Positions 54,256 through 64,000 of a stretch of DNA of 64,000 nt are shown piece by piece (within the stretch, counting starts at the first letter, position 1; every line of letters begins with the position of its first letter). The notes under the pieces are model-generated. The model had not been told where the DNA came from. It did no database searches and saw nothing but the letters and a program-made list of their open reading frames with translations. The stretch is from Felis catus (taxonomy: Eukaryota): NCBI RefSeq assembly GCF_018350175.1, contig NC_058368.1, forward strand, positions 170,440,001 through 170,504,000. The letters are read 5' to 3'. Position numbers and translations under genes: made by a program.

Positions 54256-54594
54256 ACCAGTGATGAAAAGAAAATCTTAAAAGCAGTTAGAGGGAGAAAA
54301 CAGCTTATGTTCATCCTTATGTCATAAGGGTGACAGCAGATTTTTTTGGGGGGTGGGGGAGATAATGCAAGCTGTCAGATATTAGAGGAACTCTTTAAAA
54401 TAATGAAAGGGAAAACTGTATTTTCAGCAAAATATCTTTGAAAATTGAAAGCAAAAAAAAAAAAAAGGAGGGAAATTCAGACATACAAAGTCTGAAATAG
54501 TTCATTACCTGCATATCTGAAATACAAAAAATGCTAAAGAAAGTTACTTATTAAATAGGGAAATATGAACATATAACACAAAGAAGGACACAAG

Positions 54595-54627
54595 ATCACT
54601 TCTCAGCCTTTTGGCTAAGATCAAGTG
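54595..54627 (+). pseudogene. U2 snRNA 5' fragment (nt 1-33), tailless retropseudogene
   Basis: ATCACTTCTCAGCCTTTTGGCTAAGATCAAGTG matches the U2 5' end except for two CpG>CpA changes. Perfect 14-bp TSD AAGAAGGACACAAG at 54581-54594 and 54628-54641. Confidence 0.95.
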
Positions 54628-55182
54628 AAGAAGGACACAAGAAATAATAACTAAATGGCTAAATACATAAGGTAAATTTTTCTTATTTTAAAAATCTCTT
54701 TGAAAGGTAATTGCTATTTTGACATATGATTAATGTAAAATTTAAAAAAAATATAGAACTAAAATATGACAGCAATTGGATGGAAGCCAAGAGGGAGGAA
54801 TCAGAAATATGCTTTAATAACACACCTATACTACATAGGAAATGGTATATTAATTGATGGCACACTGTGATAATCTAAAGATATGTACTATGAACTCTAA
54901 ACAGCCAAACTCACAAAAGAACTAAGGCTAATATGCAAAAAGGCAATAAAATAGAATAAAAAATATTGAATTAATTTACAAGAAGGCAGAAAAAAAGAAA
55001 AAGGAAACAAAGAAAAGATAATTTTAAAATAATTATAATTATATATATACATACATATAGCACTTTTACACACAATTAGATACATATACATATAAAATTA
55101 TATGCAATTATATTTTCTATATACATAAAAAATGTCCACTTAAGGAAATGCTTTTCCCCACAACTTGTCAGATAGATAGGTA

Positions 55183-55567
55183 TGCTATGGAATGAATGTT
55201 TGTGTCTCCCCAAAATTCAAATGTTGAAGCCCTAATCCACAAAGTGAAGGTATTTGGATATGGGCCATTTGGGAGGTGTTCAGGTTGTGAATGTGGAGAC
55301 CTCATGATGGCATTAGTGGCCTAATCCTAATCAGAGTCCTAATAAGTGTCCTGAGAAGAGACACCAGAGAGATGATCTCTCTCTCTCCACTATGTGAGAA
55401 TACAGTTGTGTGCAAGCCAGGAAGAGAGCTCTAATCAGAAACTGTAGCAGCTGGCATCTTAGTCACTGACTCCGGAGCCTTTAGAACCATGAGAAATAAA
55501 TGTTAACAACAGTTTATGTCACCCGGTTTATGGTATTCTGTTAGAGCAGCCCAAGCAGAGGAAAACA
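55183..55567. mobile_element. MaLR solo LTR (MLT1A/MST-like)
   Basis: TGCTATGG…TGTGTCTCCCCAAAATTCAAATGTTGAAGCCCTAA…GAGAAATAAA…TATGGTATTCTGTTAGAGCAGCCCAAGC. Confidence 0.85.
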
Positions 55568-55689
55568 CACTTAGTCTCACTCTGCAACTGAAAAATGACT
55601 CATGAAGATTGTTACTACAAGCCCTTTGCAAAAGGAGATAAAAATGCCTCATGGCTGCTCATTACATCATTGCTCCGGCTGTTTCTCAC

Positions 55690-55747
55690 GTGCTTGCTTG
55701 TGATGCCGCACACTCCCAACTGAGACACCTAGTGGTGGACAGTTTAT
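55690..55747 (-). other. Candidate exon (58 bp)
   Basis: TCTCCTTTCATCTTCAG| and CAC|GTGAGA; INCPPLGVSVGSVRHHKQA. Confidence 0.45.
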
Positions 55748-56087
55748 CTGAAGATGAAAGGAGACCTGCATGCTCAATGTTTTGCATTTTAACTCATAAA
55801 ATGCACAGCTGGGCCTCTCCCCAAATACTCAAGGGCTTTTGATATATTAACTCCTCTTTAAATCACCCCAGTGAGGCATAAAGAGAAAACAGAATGTGTA
55901 AGCAAATTGTGCTGGGTCAAAGTCAGGACCATATGCCCTCATCTCCTGATTCCTGTACTGACCATTCATTGACCTGCTACATTTAAATGTTAATTATTAA
56001 TAATTAAATAATATTTTAATAATAATTTTTATTATTAGCCCTCATGTTTCTTTTTAAAAATCATTTGTTTATAAAATAAAATCTACA

Positions 56088-56325
56088 GAGGCTCCTGGGT
56101 GGCTCAGTTGGTTAAGCGGCTGACTTCGGCTAAGGTCATGATCTCACCATTTGTGAGTTCAAGCCCTGAGTCGGGCCCTATACTGACAGCTCAGAGCCTG
56201 GAGCCTGCTTCAGATTCTCTGTCTCCCTCTCTCTCTCTGCCCCTCCCCTGTTCACATTCTGTCTCTGTCTCTCTCTCCTTCAGAAATAAACATTTAAAAA
56301 ATTTTTTAAAATAAATAAAATAAAA
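56088..56325 (+). mobile_element. CanSINE
   Basis: Head, CT tract and A-rich tail. Confidence 0.93.
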
Positions 56326-56840
56326 TACCATAAGACATCATCTGAATCTTTGGATTTATTTCTGTGCCACTAATAGTTGCTTAATAAATATCAAATAGGA
56401 CTGAATTACATTATAATGAGTCAATATTCTAGGCCCTAAACAGAATGCAAATATAAGCATCACATTCTGGGTTCAAAGGCATAGGTCTAAAATTATCAAC
56501 ATTATTCAAAAACAATTGTCCTCTAGAATAAATCCCTTAAAAATTAAGTCACTAACTGAAAAACTCTGACTTTACAAAGATTCAAGTATACATGGGAAAA
56601 GTAATTTAACTCAATGTATCAGAGAATTTTGAGGGGTTAGAGGGAAAACAAGTATTCTTCATTGAATTAAATTACAATGAAGTTATAAATTGGCATGTTC
56701 TTCTAACAGAAATAACACTGACACTATAATTCTACAAATCTCTTCTTTCAAACAGGTGAGAGAAGCCCATATTCTCTAAGATATAGAGTTACTGAGGTTC
56801 GTTCCTAGTTTCGTAAAATAAAAAAGCATGAAGAACTTAC

Positions 56841-56903
56841 TGTATACCTTTGTTTATAAATTTCATCTTTTCTTTTCAAATGCATTTTTAAAATGACCCT
56901 TCT
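56841..56903 (-). other. Candidate exon (63 bp)
   Basis: TAATCTCTTTTAG| and ACA|GTAAGT; phase 0-0, RRVILKMHLKRKDEIYKQRYT. Confidence 0.5.
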
Positions 56904-57219
56904 CTAAAAGAGATTAATCCTCAAAACTATTCGGAGTAACTGAGAAACGATTTTGGAACATGGGAGTGTAATTAGTCAATATTTCTAGTTACTTAATGTG
57001 AATTAGAAGTTTATACTTTGATGAACAAGAGTAAGAAGTCAGAACAAAATGGGGGAAAATTCTCTTGATTGAAAGACTATAGTCAGGAATAAATTATGAT
57101 CTGGGGCCACAGAAACCTTACACATCATTAATGATATATATTTTTTTTATTGTAAGCACAATAAAGGGTCAACTACCAAACCTATTATAAGGTTAAGTGG
57201 TATGATTCTCTAAGTGGTA

Positions 57220-57445
57220 GAGATCTGTAAACTTTTTATGTAAATGGCCAGATGCCAGATATTTTAAGCTTTGTAGGCCAGATGGTTTCTGTCTCAACTA
57301 TTCAACTCTCTTTGCCATGCAAAAGGAGCCAGAGACAATGCTGTAAAAAAATGGGCATGTCTGTGTTCCAATAAACTTTATTTACAAAAACAGGCAGGTG
57401 AAAAGGATTCAGGCTACAGGTTGTAGTTTGCTGACTTCCTTCTCT
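57220..57445. mobile_element. MER58A-like hAT DNA transposon
   Basis: AAACTTTT…GGCCAGAT…ATTTTAAGCTTTGTAGGCCA…TGTGTTCCAATAAACTTTATTTACAAAAACAGG…TAGTTTGCTGAC. Confidence 0.8.
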
Positions 57446-57524
57446 AAATTCCCAGCATCTGTTATAAGTGATAGTACCACCTGAGGACAGGCCCCAGGTC
57501 AAACTCTTAGACCCCCTATTTCTT

Positions 57525-57739
57525 TTTTTTTTTTTTCAACGTTTATTTATTTTTGGGACAGAGAGAGACAGAGCATGAACGGGGGAGGGACAGAGAGAGA
57601 GGGAGACACAGAATCAGAAACAGGCTCCAGGCTCTGAGCCATCAGCCCAGAGCCCGACGCGGGGCTCGAACTCACGGACCGCGAGATCGTGACCTGGCTG
57701 AAGTCGGACGCCCAACCGACTGCGCCACCCAGGCGCCCC
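57525..57739 (-). mobile_element. Very young felid SINE
   Basis: 18-bp TSD TTAGACCCCCTATTTCTT at 57507-57524 and 57740-57757; CpGs intact. Confidence 0.97.
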
Positions 57740-58226
57740 TTAGACCCCCTATTTCTTAGCTGTCCACTTATCTTCCTCAACTTTCCACCATCTCCTCCTC
57801 TTTTCTATTTCTTCCTCTTTCCGCCCCCACCCTGAATCTGGAATTCTCAGGCAGCCCTTTCTCAGAAACTCTGACTGGCTCTATGGGAAGAAAGCAGGTC
57901 TTAATGAGGCATAACCATAAAATGGCTATTAGAGGCTTATTACATTTAAAAAAGGAAATACTTAGGATGATTGTTTAACCCAGATACTCTTATTGATAAT
58001 AGTGGGATTCACCATAGGGGAAATACTTGAAGGGCCTCAGACATACCAGATGAGAAATAAGCTAATTGTTCCCACTTGACTCACATAATGGTCATTTTTC
58101 TTAAAACCCTTTTATACACAAACACTGAGGGCTCAACTATGAAGCAAGTTACACAACAGAGTCAAGTAGGTGTGTAGCTTTCTTACAAATCCCAGCTGAT
58201 GATATTACTAGGAAGAGATATCATTT

Positions 58227-58228
<2 letters not shown>

Positions 58229-58271
<43 letters not shown>
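58229..58271. repeat. Poly(A)43
   Basis: Uninterrupted homopolymer. Confidence 0.97.
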
Positions 58272-58273
<2 letters not shown>

Positions 58274-58495
58274 AAAGTTGCAGAATTTCTTACAACTCAT
58301 CTTTTGCACTTAAACTAAGAGCAGGGAAACTTTTTTTCTAAATATTAAAATTTAATTGTACAACAATCACCATTTCCTGTGTAAAAGTTACAGAACTAGT
58401 ATGATGCCACAAGGCAGACACAAAAGGTGATGAAGCTGATGACTTCAAGTGAGGACACACTGGTGACCACTTGTAGTGACCACTTGTAGGTAACT

Positions 58496-59110
58496 GTATC
58501 AGTCAGGGGGCCCACAGGAAACCAGTGGCACACTCAAACTGGGTAACTGTAGGAGAGTTTAACAAAAGAACTATTTACAAAGTGTGTAAGTAGGGAATCA
58601 ACAATAGTCATATAATTTATTGTTAAACTGTGCTGCTTTTAAGGGTAAAAACAAGTTTTATTAATAAATTATGCCAGGACAATGGGTATAGACCGGGACT
58701 GGCCCAGTCAAATTGTAACTATTGCTAGCTATACTCGCAGGCTAACAAGAATAAGGGGCTATTATTACCCTTAGACCTAAGGACACAAATAAAGGGAATG
58801 GTAACCAAAACCTGGAAGTAAGCAAGATGAAAAGGTCAACTAGCAGGAGCTAGGGCCCCCAGGAGAGAAAAGCATCCAGTCTAGGAGAAGCCACCATGGA
58901 GAGAGTGGGTGAATTAAAATTTCAACTTCACTGTTCTCCTACTCCCTGATTTCTTGCCAAAATCTCTCAGTGGCCGAACCCAACCAGAAGCTGGAGGTCA
59001 AGGGAGCCTGTTGATGCAGTTTGTATGGGTCAGCTTCCCTAGAGTACAAAGCAGGGTAGGGAAGGGTGGATAGTATTTCTGGAGAAGAAAATAGAAGGTA
59101 TTCAGTATCG
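58496..59110. mobile_element. Old ERVL-class LTR containing a MER81-like insertion (~58605-58730)
   Basis: TGTATCAGTCAGGG…GGCACACTCAAACTGGGTAA…CTATTTACAAAG start. The internal segment resembles MER81 (…TTATGCCAGGACAA…ACCGGGACTG). Confidence 0.55.
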
Positions 59111-59439
59111 TAAAATTTCTTTGTAAAGGTATTACAATTGGAACTATTTTTCAGCTCTGACCTCTTCTACAACTCTTTTGAAGCATTCTAAGAAAGCTCA
59201 ACTGCTACCTTTTTCCTGAACAATCTTCTCCCTGTTTATTGCCTTATTAGATTGTAGAAAAAGAGCAGTGTAAGCAAGATCTTTTACCCCCAATTGGCTG
59301 AGGGTAAGACTGTTTACAGACGAATGAGTGCAAGCATGAGGTCCTTATACATCTATTTGGCCTCTTTCACTCCCTAATTCAAAAATAGCTGGGAACATTT
59401 CTCAGCCATAGACTGGTTAGGTAGGTATCACCAGTTTAG

Positions 59440-59585
59440 AAATGAAATGAAATGAAATGAAATGAAATGAAATGAAATGACATGACATGACATGACATAT
59501 GACATGACATGACATGACATGACATGACATGACATGACATAACATAACATAACATAACATAACATAACATAAAATAAAATAAAAT
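59440..59585. repeat. Compound pentanucleotide microsatellite (AAATG)8-(ACATG)~12-(AACAT)6-(AAAAT)3
   Basis: Read directly from the sequence. Confidence 0.97.
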
Positions 59586-60029
59586 AGATATTTTTTGCAT
59601 TCATCATAGGAAACTCCCTCACTACTTTCTGGTCTAGAAATGTCCCCAAAGGACCTTAGAGGAAGTATGTTATTTGGTAAAACCAATCAGTGGTTCAAAC
59701 CAACAGCAAGGGTGCTGGAGTACAAACGTGTAATGCAAAATTGATGGGCAAAATGGACATGTGCTGCAGTCATAACAAACCATACACTGGCCAATTCACA
59801 TTACATAAACGCTTTACCTGACTATGAACAATGAAGGAGTATATGAAGAAAGAATATTCACCTCTGCAAAGTGTGGCCCATGTTTTCTGCATGAGTATAT
59901 GAGAACCAAGAGGTGGAGTGCTCATGTGATGAGAATCCTGGCAAGTTTATTGTAATCACTTTAGTTCCAGGCCCAAAAGAACACCCAGCTACTAGGGAAA
60001 GTGCATCTTCACACTTCGTAAAATATTAC

Positions 60030-60132
60030 CATGCAAAGGTTGGTGTCATCATCTTTCCTCACCCCATAGTAGAAGATCTCTCCCCTTTCATCAGTAATAT
60101 CCTTTTCATTTTTTAAGTCCAATGAAACTATG
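60030..60132 (-). other. Candidate exon (103 bp; alternative donor at 60063)
   Basis: TTTTATTTTATTAAAG| acceptor; ATG|GTAATA or GGG|GTGAGG donor, both phase 0; reads IVSLDLKNEKDITDERGEIFYYGVRKDDDTNLCM. Confidence 0.45.
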
Positions 60133-60314
60133 CTTTAATAAAATAAAAACTTTTAATTAAAAAAATAGCATATCTTTTTCCTGACAACTTAGATCTATGT
60201 CTTCAAACACAAACTTAATTTTGCATGAGGACTAGGCTACCGTAACTATTCAGGACAGTTACAAGAAGAGGAGAAAGAAAGTAAATTTACAAGGAGGCAG
60301 GGAAAGAATAAGAG

Positions 60315-60510
60315 AGGAACCTGGGTGGTTCAGTTAAGTGTCCAACTCTTGATCTCAGCTCAGGTCATAATCTCACAGTTTTTGAGTTTAAGCCTTGCAT
60401 GGGGCTCTGCACCGACTGCTAGGAGCCTGCTTGGGACTCCCTTCCTCCTTCTCTGCCCTTACCCGCCCTAGCACATGCTTTCTCTCAAAATAAAGAAACA
60501 TTTTTTAAGA
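60315..60510 (+). mobile_element. CanSINE (older)
   Basis: Degenerate head, CT tract and tail; AAGAGA-rich flanking repeat. Confidence 0.88.
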
Positions 60511-60898
60511 AGAGTAAGAGAATGAAAAAGAAAGAGAACTATTATGAAAAACAATAATGAAAATATTAAGAAAACAAATGAAAGACAGATGTTTCTAGTG
60601 AAGGTAAAAGAGCTGTGTTATGGGCCATTTTCTGGCCCAGCTCACGGGTGAGAGTATTGCTTAAGTTCTCTGAGTAATCAGAGTGTCCTAGAAATGATCT
60701 CACTTCTGTTTCCCACCAGAAGAAAGACACTATTCCTGACCTAACCTAATATTTCCCTAACTACACAGGTGGACATGTAGATACTGTTCACACCTTCATC
60801 ATTTGAACAAATCGAAAGAGAAAACAAAAAACAAAAAACAAAAAAACAAGAAACAGAAAGTTATTCAGCATGCCAGGAATTTTCAGAGATTCTCTTAC

Positions 60899-60955
60899 CT
60901 GAATGACAGCCCGAGGCAAGCCATAAGTGGATTCCAGCAGGAAGACAGCAAAAAA
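60899..60955 (-). other. Candidate exon (57 bp)
   Basis: Very strong sites: CTTTGTCTTTTTTTTTTTCTCCTAG| and CAG|GTAAGA; open in all three frames. Confidence 0.6.
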
Positions 60956-61224
60956 CTAGGAGAAAAAAAAAAAGACAAAGATGTCTCTAGGGAGATTCTT
61001 TCAGATGAAATAATTTGCTTCCTAAGAATGATCTCTGAAGGTTAATGTACTCTAATCTACTGAGGATTTATTGAATATCTATTACATGTAGTGCGTAAGA
61101 CTGACCCCTGTGATGGTTATGATGAGGACCACAGGCATAAAACAACTCTTCCCATTCCTTCCTTCGCAATGGTTACTTGGGAAATCAGAACCGCTTTTGA
61201 GCTTGTCTTAATTCCTCAGTTCTT

Positions 61225-61460
61225 TTTTTTTGTTTTGTTTTTTTAATTGAAGTGTAGTTGACACACAATGTTATATTAGTTTCAGGTGTACAATGTAGTG
61301 ATTTGACAAGTCTATTCACTATACTATGCTCACAAGTGTAGCTACCATCTGTCACATTCCAGTGCTAATACCACTGACTATATCCCCTGTGTTGTACCTT
61401 TTATTCTCATAACCTATTCATTCCCTAAATGGAAGCTTATACCTCTACTCCTTTTCACCC
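61225..61460 (-). mobile_element. L1MA-type 3' end fragment
   Basis: Poly-T then AATTGAAGTGTAGTTGACACACAATGTTATATTAGTTTCAGGTGTACA…. Confidence 0.8.
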
Positions 61461-61749
61461 TTAATTCTCTAGTTCTTAATAATATTTTCTATGGATTCTT
61501 GTACCTGATCCTCGCTTCCTTTAATTCCTTGGTTTCTTTCTTTTACCTTAACTATTTCTTACCTCTTGATACCAATACATTTACTGGAAGTCACTGCAAA
61601 TGTTTTTGGAAAAAGTAAATCAAGTATTATAAAGCATTTCCTTCTTCCAAAGAACTCACAGTTTAATAAAAAGACAAAGTTGAAAAATTGTTGGAATTTT
61701 ACATCATGAATGGAAGTCATAACACAGAAGCCCAAAACAAGTATTTCTT

Positions 61750-62267
61750 TTTTTTTTTCAATATATGAAGTTTATTGTCAAATTGGTTTCCATACAACAC
61801 CCAGTGCTCATCCCAAAAGGTGCCCTCCTCAATACCCATCACCCACCCCCCCTCCCTCCTACCCCCCATCAACCCTCAGTTTGTTCTCAGTTTTTAAGAG
61901 TCTCTTATGCTTTGGCTCTCTTCCACTCTAACCTCTTTTTGTTTTTTTCCTTCCCCTCCCCCATGGGTTTCTGTTAAGTTTCTCAGGATCCACATAAGAC
62001 TGAAACCATATGGTATGTGTCTTTCTCTGTATGGCTTATTTCACTTAGCATCACACTCTCCAGTTCCATCCATGTTGCTACAAAGGGCCATACTTCATTC
62101 TTTCTCATTGCCACGTAGTACTCCATTGTGTATATAAACCACAATATCTTTATCCATTCATCAGTTGATGGGTATTTAGGCTCTTTCCATAATTTGGCTA
62201 TTGTTGAGAGTGCTGCTATAAACATTGGGGTACAAGTGCCCCTATGCATCAGTACTCCTGTATCCCT
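61750..62267 (-). mobile_element. 5'-truncated young felid L1
   Basis: Encodes [19 protein letters not shown]…. TSD AAAACAAGTATTTCTT at 61734-61749 and 62268-62283. Confidence 0.96.
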
Positions 62268-62827
62268 AAAACAAGTATTTCTTAAAGGGAAGGAAGGAGG
62301 TCACATGCAGGTAGGAGACCACTTGTGGAGATGTCCGGTGAAATGAGCATTGAATGACAGGAGAATGTCAACACCTGAGGATGTGAGGCTGAGAAGAAGA
62401 GAGCTTAGGGCACATTTGGAGCATATTAACATCAGATACTATTTGGCAGAAGCCTAACAGAATGAAGGAGACAAGGCTGGGAAGAGCTTGGAGCCAAGCA
62501 AGGAGGGATGATTGTAAATGTTAAGGCAACCGCTGGGAGTCATACCAAGAGTTTCTGAGCAGAAAAGTGATATGCTCAAAGTGATTTCAGAAGTCACATA
62601 ATTATAGACAAGGAAATTGGGGGCCCCACGGATAAGTGTTTAGCAGGCAAAGAGATGACTTCCAGGATGCCTGAGAAGGAGGCACCCTGTCCACATCATC
62701 TCCACAAAGACCCACAGAGATACAAAGTTTCAAAAGAAGAAAGGAGGCAACTCAGTCACACTCTAGAAAAATGCAAGTCAAACCTCAGGGAGGGCTGCTT
62801 TCTTCTGTCCCCATCCCATCAGCATAC

Positions 62828-62996
62828 CCCAACTCAAGTGAAGAAATCTGTGTTCCTAGCTCCTGCTTGCTGACCAGAAACACCTCTGATGTCACAGCAG
62901 ATGAATCAAGCTTTGGCATCATCCCACAACACCCTGAAAAGTTGGTGATGGGGGAAGGGGCAGCGAGATTTCTTTCCCAAAATTTGCTGTTTGCTG
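62828..62996 (-). other. Candidate exon (169 bp) of an unidentified minus-strand transcript
   Basis: Long T-run GGTCATAG| acceptor (NAGNAG); GG|GTATGC donor; contains ATGATG at 62922. Confidence 0.4.
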
Positions 62997-63399
62997 CTAT
63001 GACCAAAAAAAAAAAAAAAAAAGACACCTAAATTTGGAGGATTCGAGAAAAGCCCATTTAGAAGTCATCAGTGAATCAGCGGCTTTCCATGACTCCTGTT
63101 AGCACCACATTCTTTATTCCCAGGCCTTAACCAGTGAACTGGGTCCAGCTGTACTGGTACAGCTGTTGAGCGCCTTCTATGAAAAAAGTTCACTTCTGGC
63201 TCAAGTCTCCACCCCACCCCCACCCCTGAGTCTGTGCTTTTCCCGCTTCCCTCGCCACCCCCTGCTGTTCTTCCCAGGCACCACTCGGCCTGTGACCTTT
63301 GCTAGGACTCACGTGGGGCGCCCTGCCTCGTCTGCTTTGGCGGTGATTCCTAGGAACTTCCCAAGGACCAGGGCTTTGCAGGCTCTGACACGCAAGGGG

Positions 63400-63870
63400 T
63401 GGGGGTAAAGGGAGGAAGAGGGGAGCTGAGTGTCTGGAGAGCCCCGGGCGGCACGAGCCAAGCTTGGGTGGAGTGGGGTTCATCCCCCAGAAGCCCAATG
63501 AGTGCCGGCATTCCGTCCCTTCAGTCCTTGGTTGGCGTGGCCACAGCCGAGAAGGCGGTGAGGCATCCTCTCGGGAGCTCTCCCCGAATCATTTGGCTGC
63601 GCTTAAACTTTTCCGGATGAAGGAGGGCTTGCAAGTACAAAGCCGAGCCCTCCATGCTTGAGGGTGTTCAAGCCCCAGGTGCCCGAAGTTGCTAGGCTGC
63701 GCAGGCGTGGGGCTAAGCGCCTAGGACGCACGGGGCGCACTAATCTTGCGCGCCTTCGCGAGAGCCGCGCGTTGGACAGCACCCTCCCCCGGTGCGCACC
63801 GCGGCACATCGCGCGACGCAGTTGGGTCCCGCTGGTCCGGTGTCGGCGTCTTTACGCTGGCCTTTAGAGT
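63400..63870. promoter_or_regulatory. CpG island / probable promoter
   Basis: Sharp rise in GC and CpG in non-repeat sequence. NRF1-like TGCGCAGGCG at 63698-63707; TCGCGAGA (BANP/CGCG-element-like) at 63756-63763; strong minus-strand splice donor CAC|GTGAGT at 63313. Confidence 0.8.
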
Positions 63871-64000
63871 GGGGCTGTGAAGGTGGAGGGGAGTTGGATT
63901 CTGTGGTTTCAAGAGTTTTTGACACCTATAGAACATGCTAGAGAAGACCGGAGCCCCTGAGGTGTCCCCAGTCACCCAAGAGTAGACGCTTCTTTCCTGA

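Larger units (their letters stand above)
50950..55000 (+). mobile_element. Ancient L1 5'/ORF1 region, interrupted at ~51880-54255 by a younger L1
   Basis: Degenerate ORF1-like A-rich sequence. …CACATCATAGCCAAAT…AACTAATGAT resumes as AACCAGTGATGAAAAGAAAATCTTAAAAGCAG. Confidence 0.65.

Noticed and set aside
963..57780. Many 60-107 aa ORFs of the type MAQSVK…AQVMIS…EPASDSVSPSLS
   Set aside because: They are translations of CanSINE bodies, not genes.
59417..59686. Repetitive ORFs (VMSCH)n and a CRISPR-like appearance
   Set aside because: Pentanucleotide microsatellite with no spacers, in eukaryotic DNA.
63166..63975. Several Pro/Arg/Gly-rich ORFs in the CpG island
   Set aside because: Expected from GC-rich sequence. 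The ORF reaching the 63313 donor is out of phase with the next candidate exon.

Overview
Mammalian (carnivore, most likely felid, judged from CanSINE/SINEC_Fc and L1_Fc-type repeats) AT-rich genomic DNA dominated by interspersed repeats. It contains about 24 tRNA-derived SINEs, MaLR/ERVL LTRs, MER DNA transposons, MIR/L2 relics and many L1 fragments. One full-length young LINE-1 (13792-19741, + strand) has a 14-bp TSD, a YY1 site, disabled ORF1 and endonuclease, an intact 1001-aa RT/C-terminal ORF and a short 3' transduction. A 33-nt tailless U2 snRNA retrocopy with a perfect TSD lies at 54595-54627, and a CpG-island promoter sits at the right end (about 63400-63870). No known host gene could be recognised. 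However, unique sequence on the minus strand holds a chain of short segments with canonical splice sites running away from the CpG island. These can be joined in phase into a ~159-codon ORF that ends at one in-frame TAG, with further open exon-like segments beyond it. This is a candidate unannotated gene, unitary pseudogene or lncRNA, found by eye only. Repeat family names are from memory of consensus sequences, not from a database search, and boundaries of old repeats are approximate.
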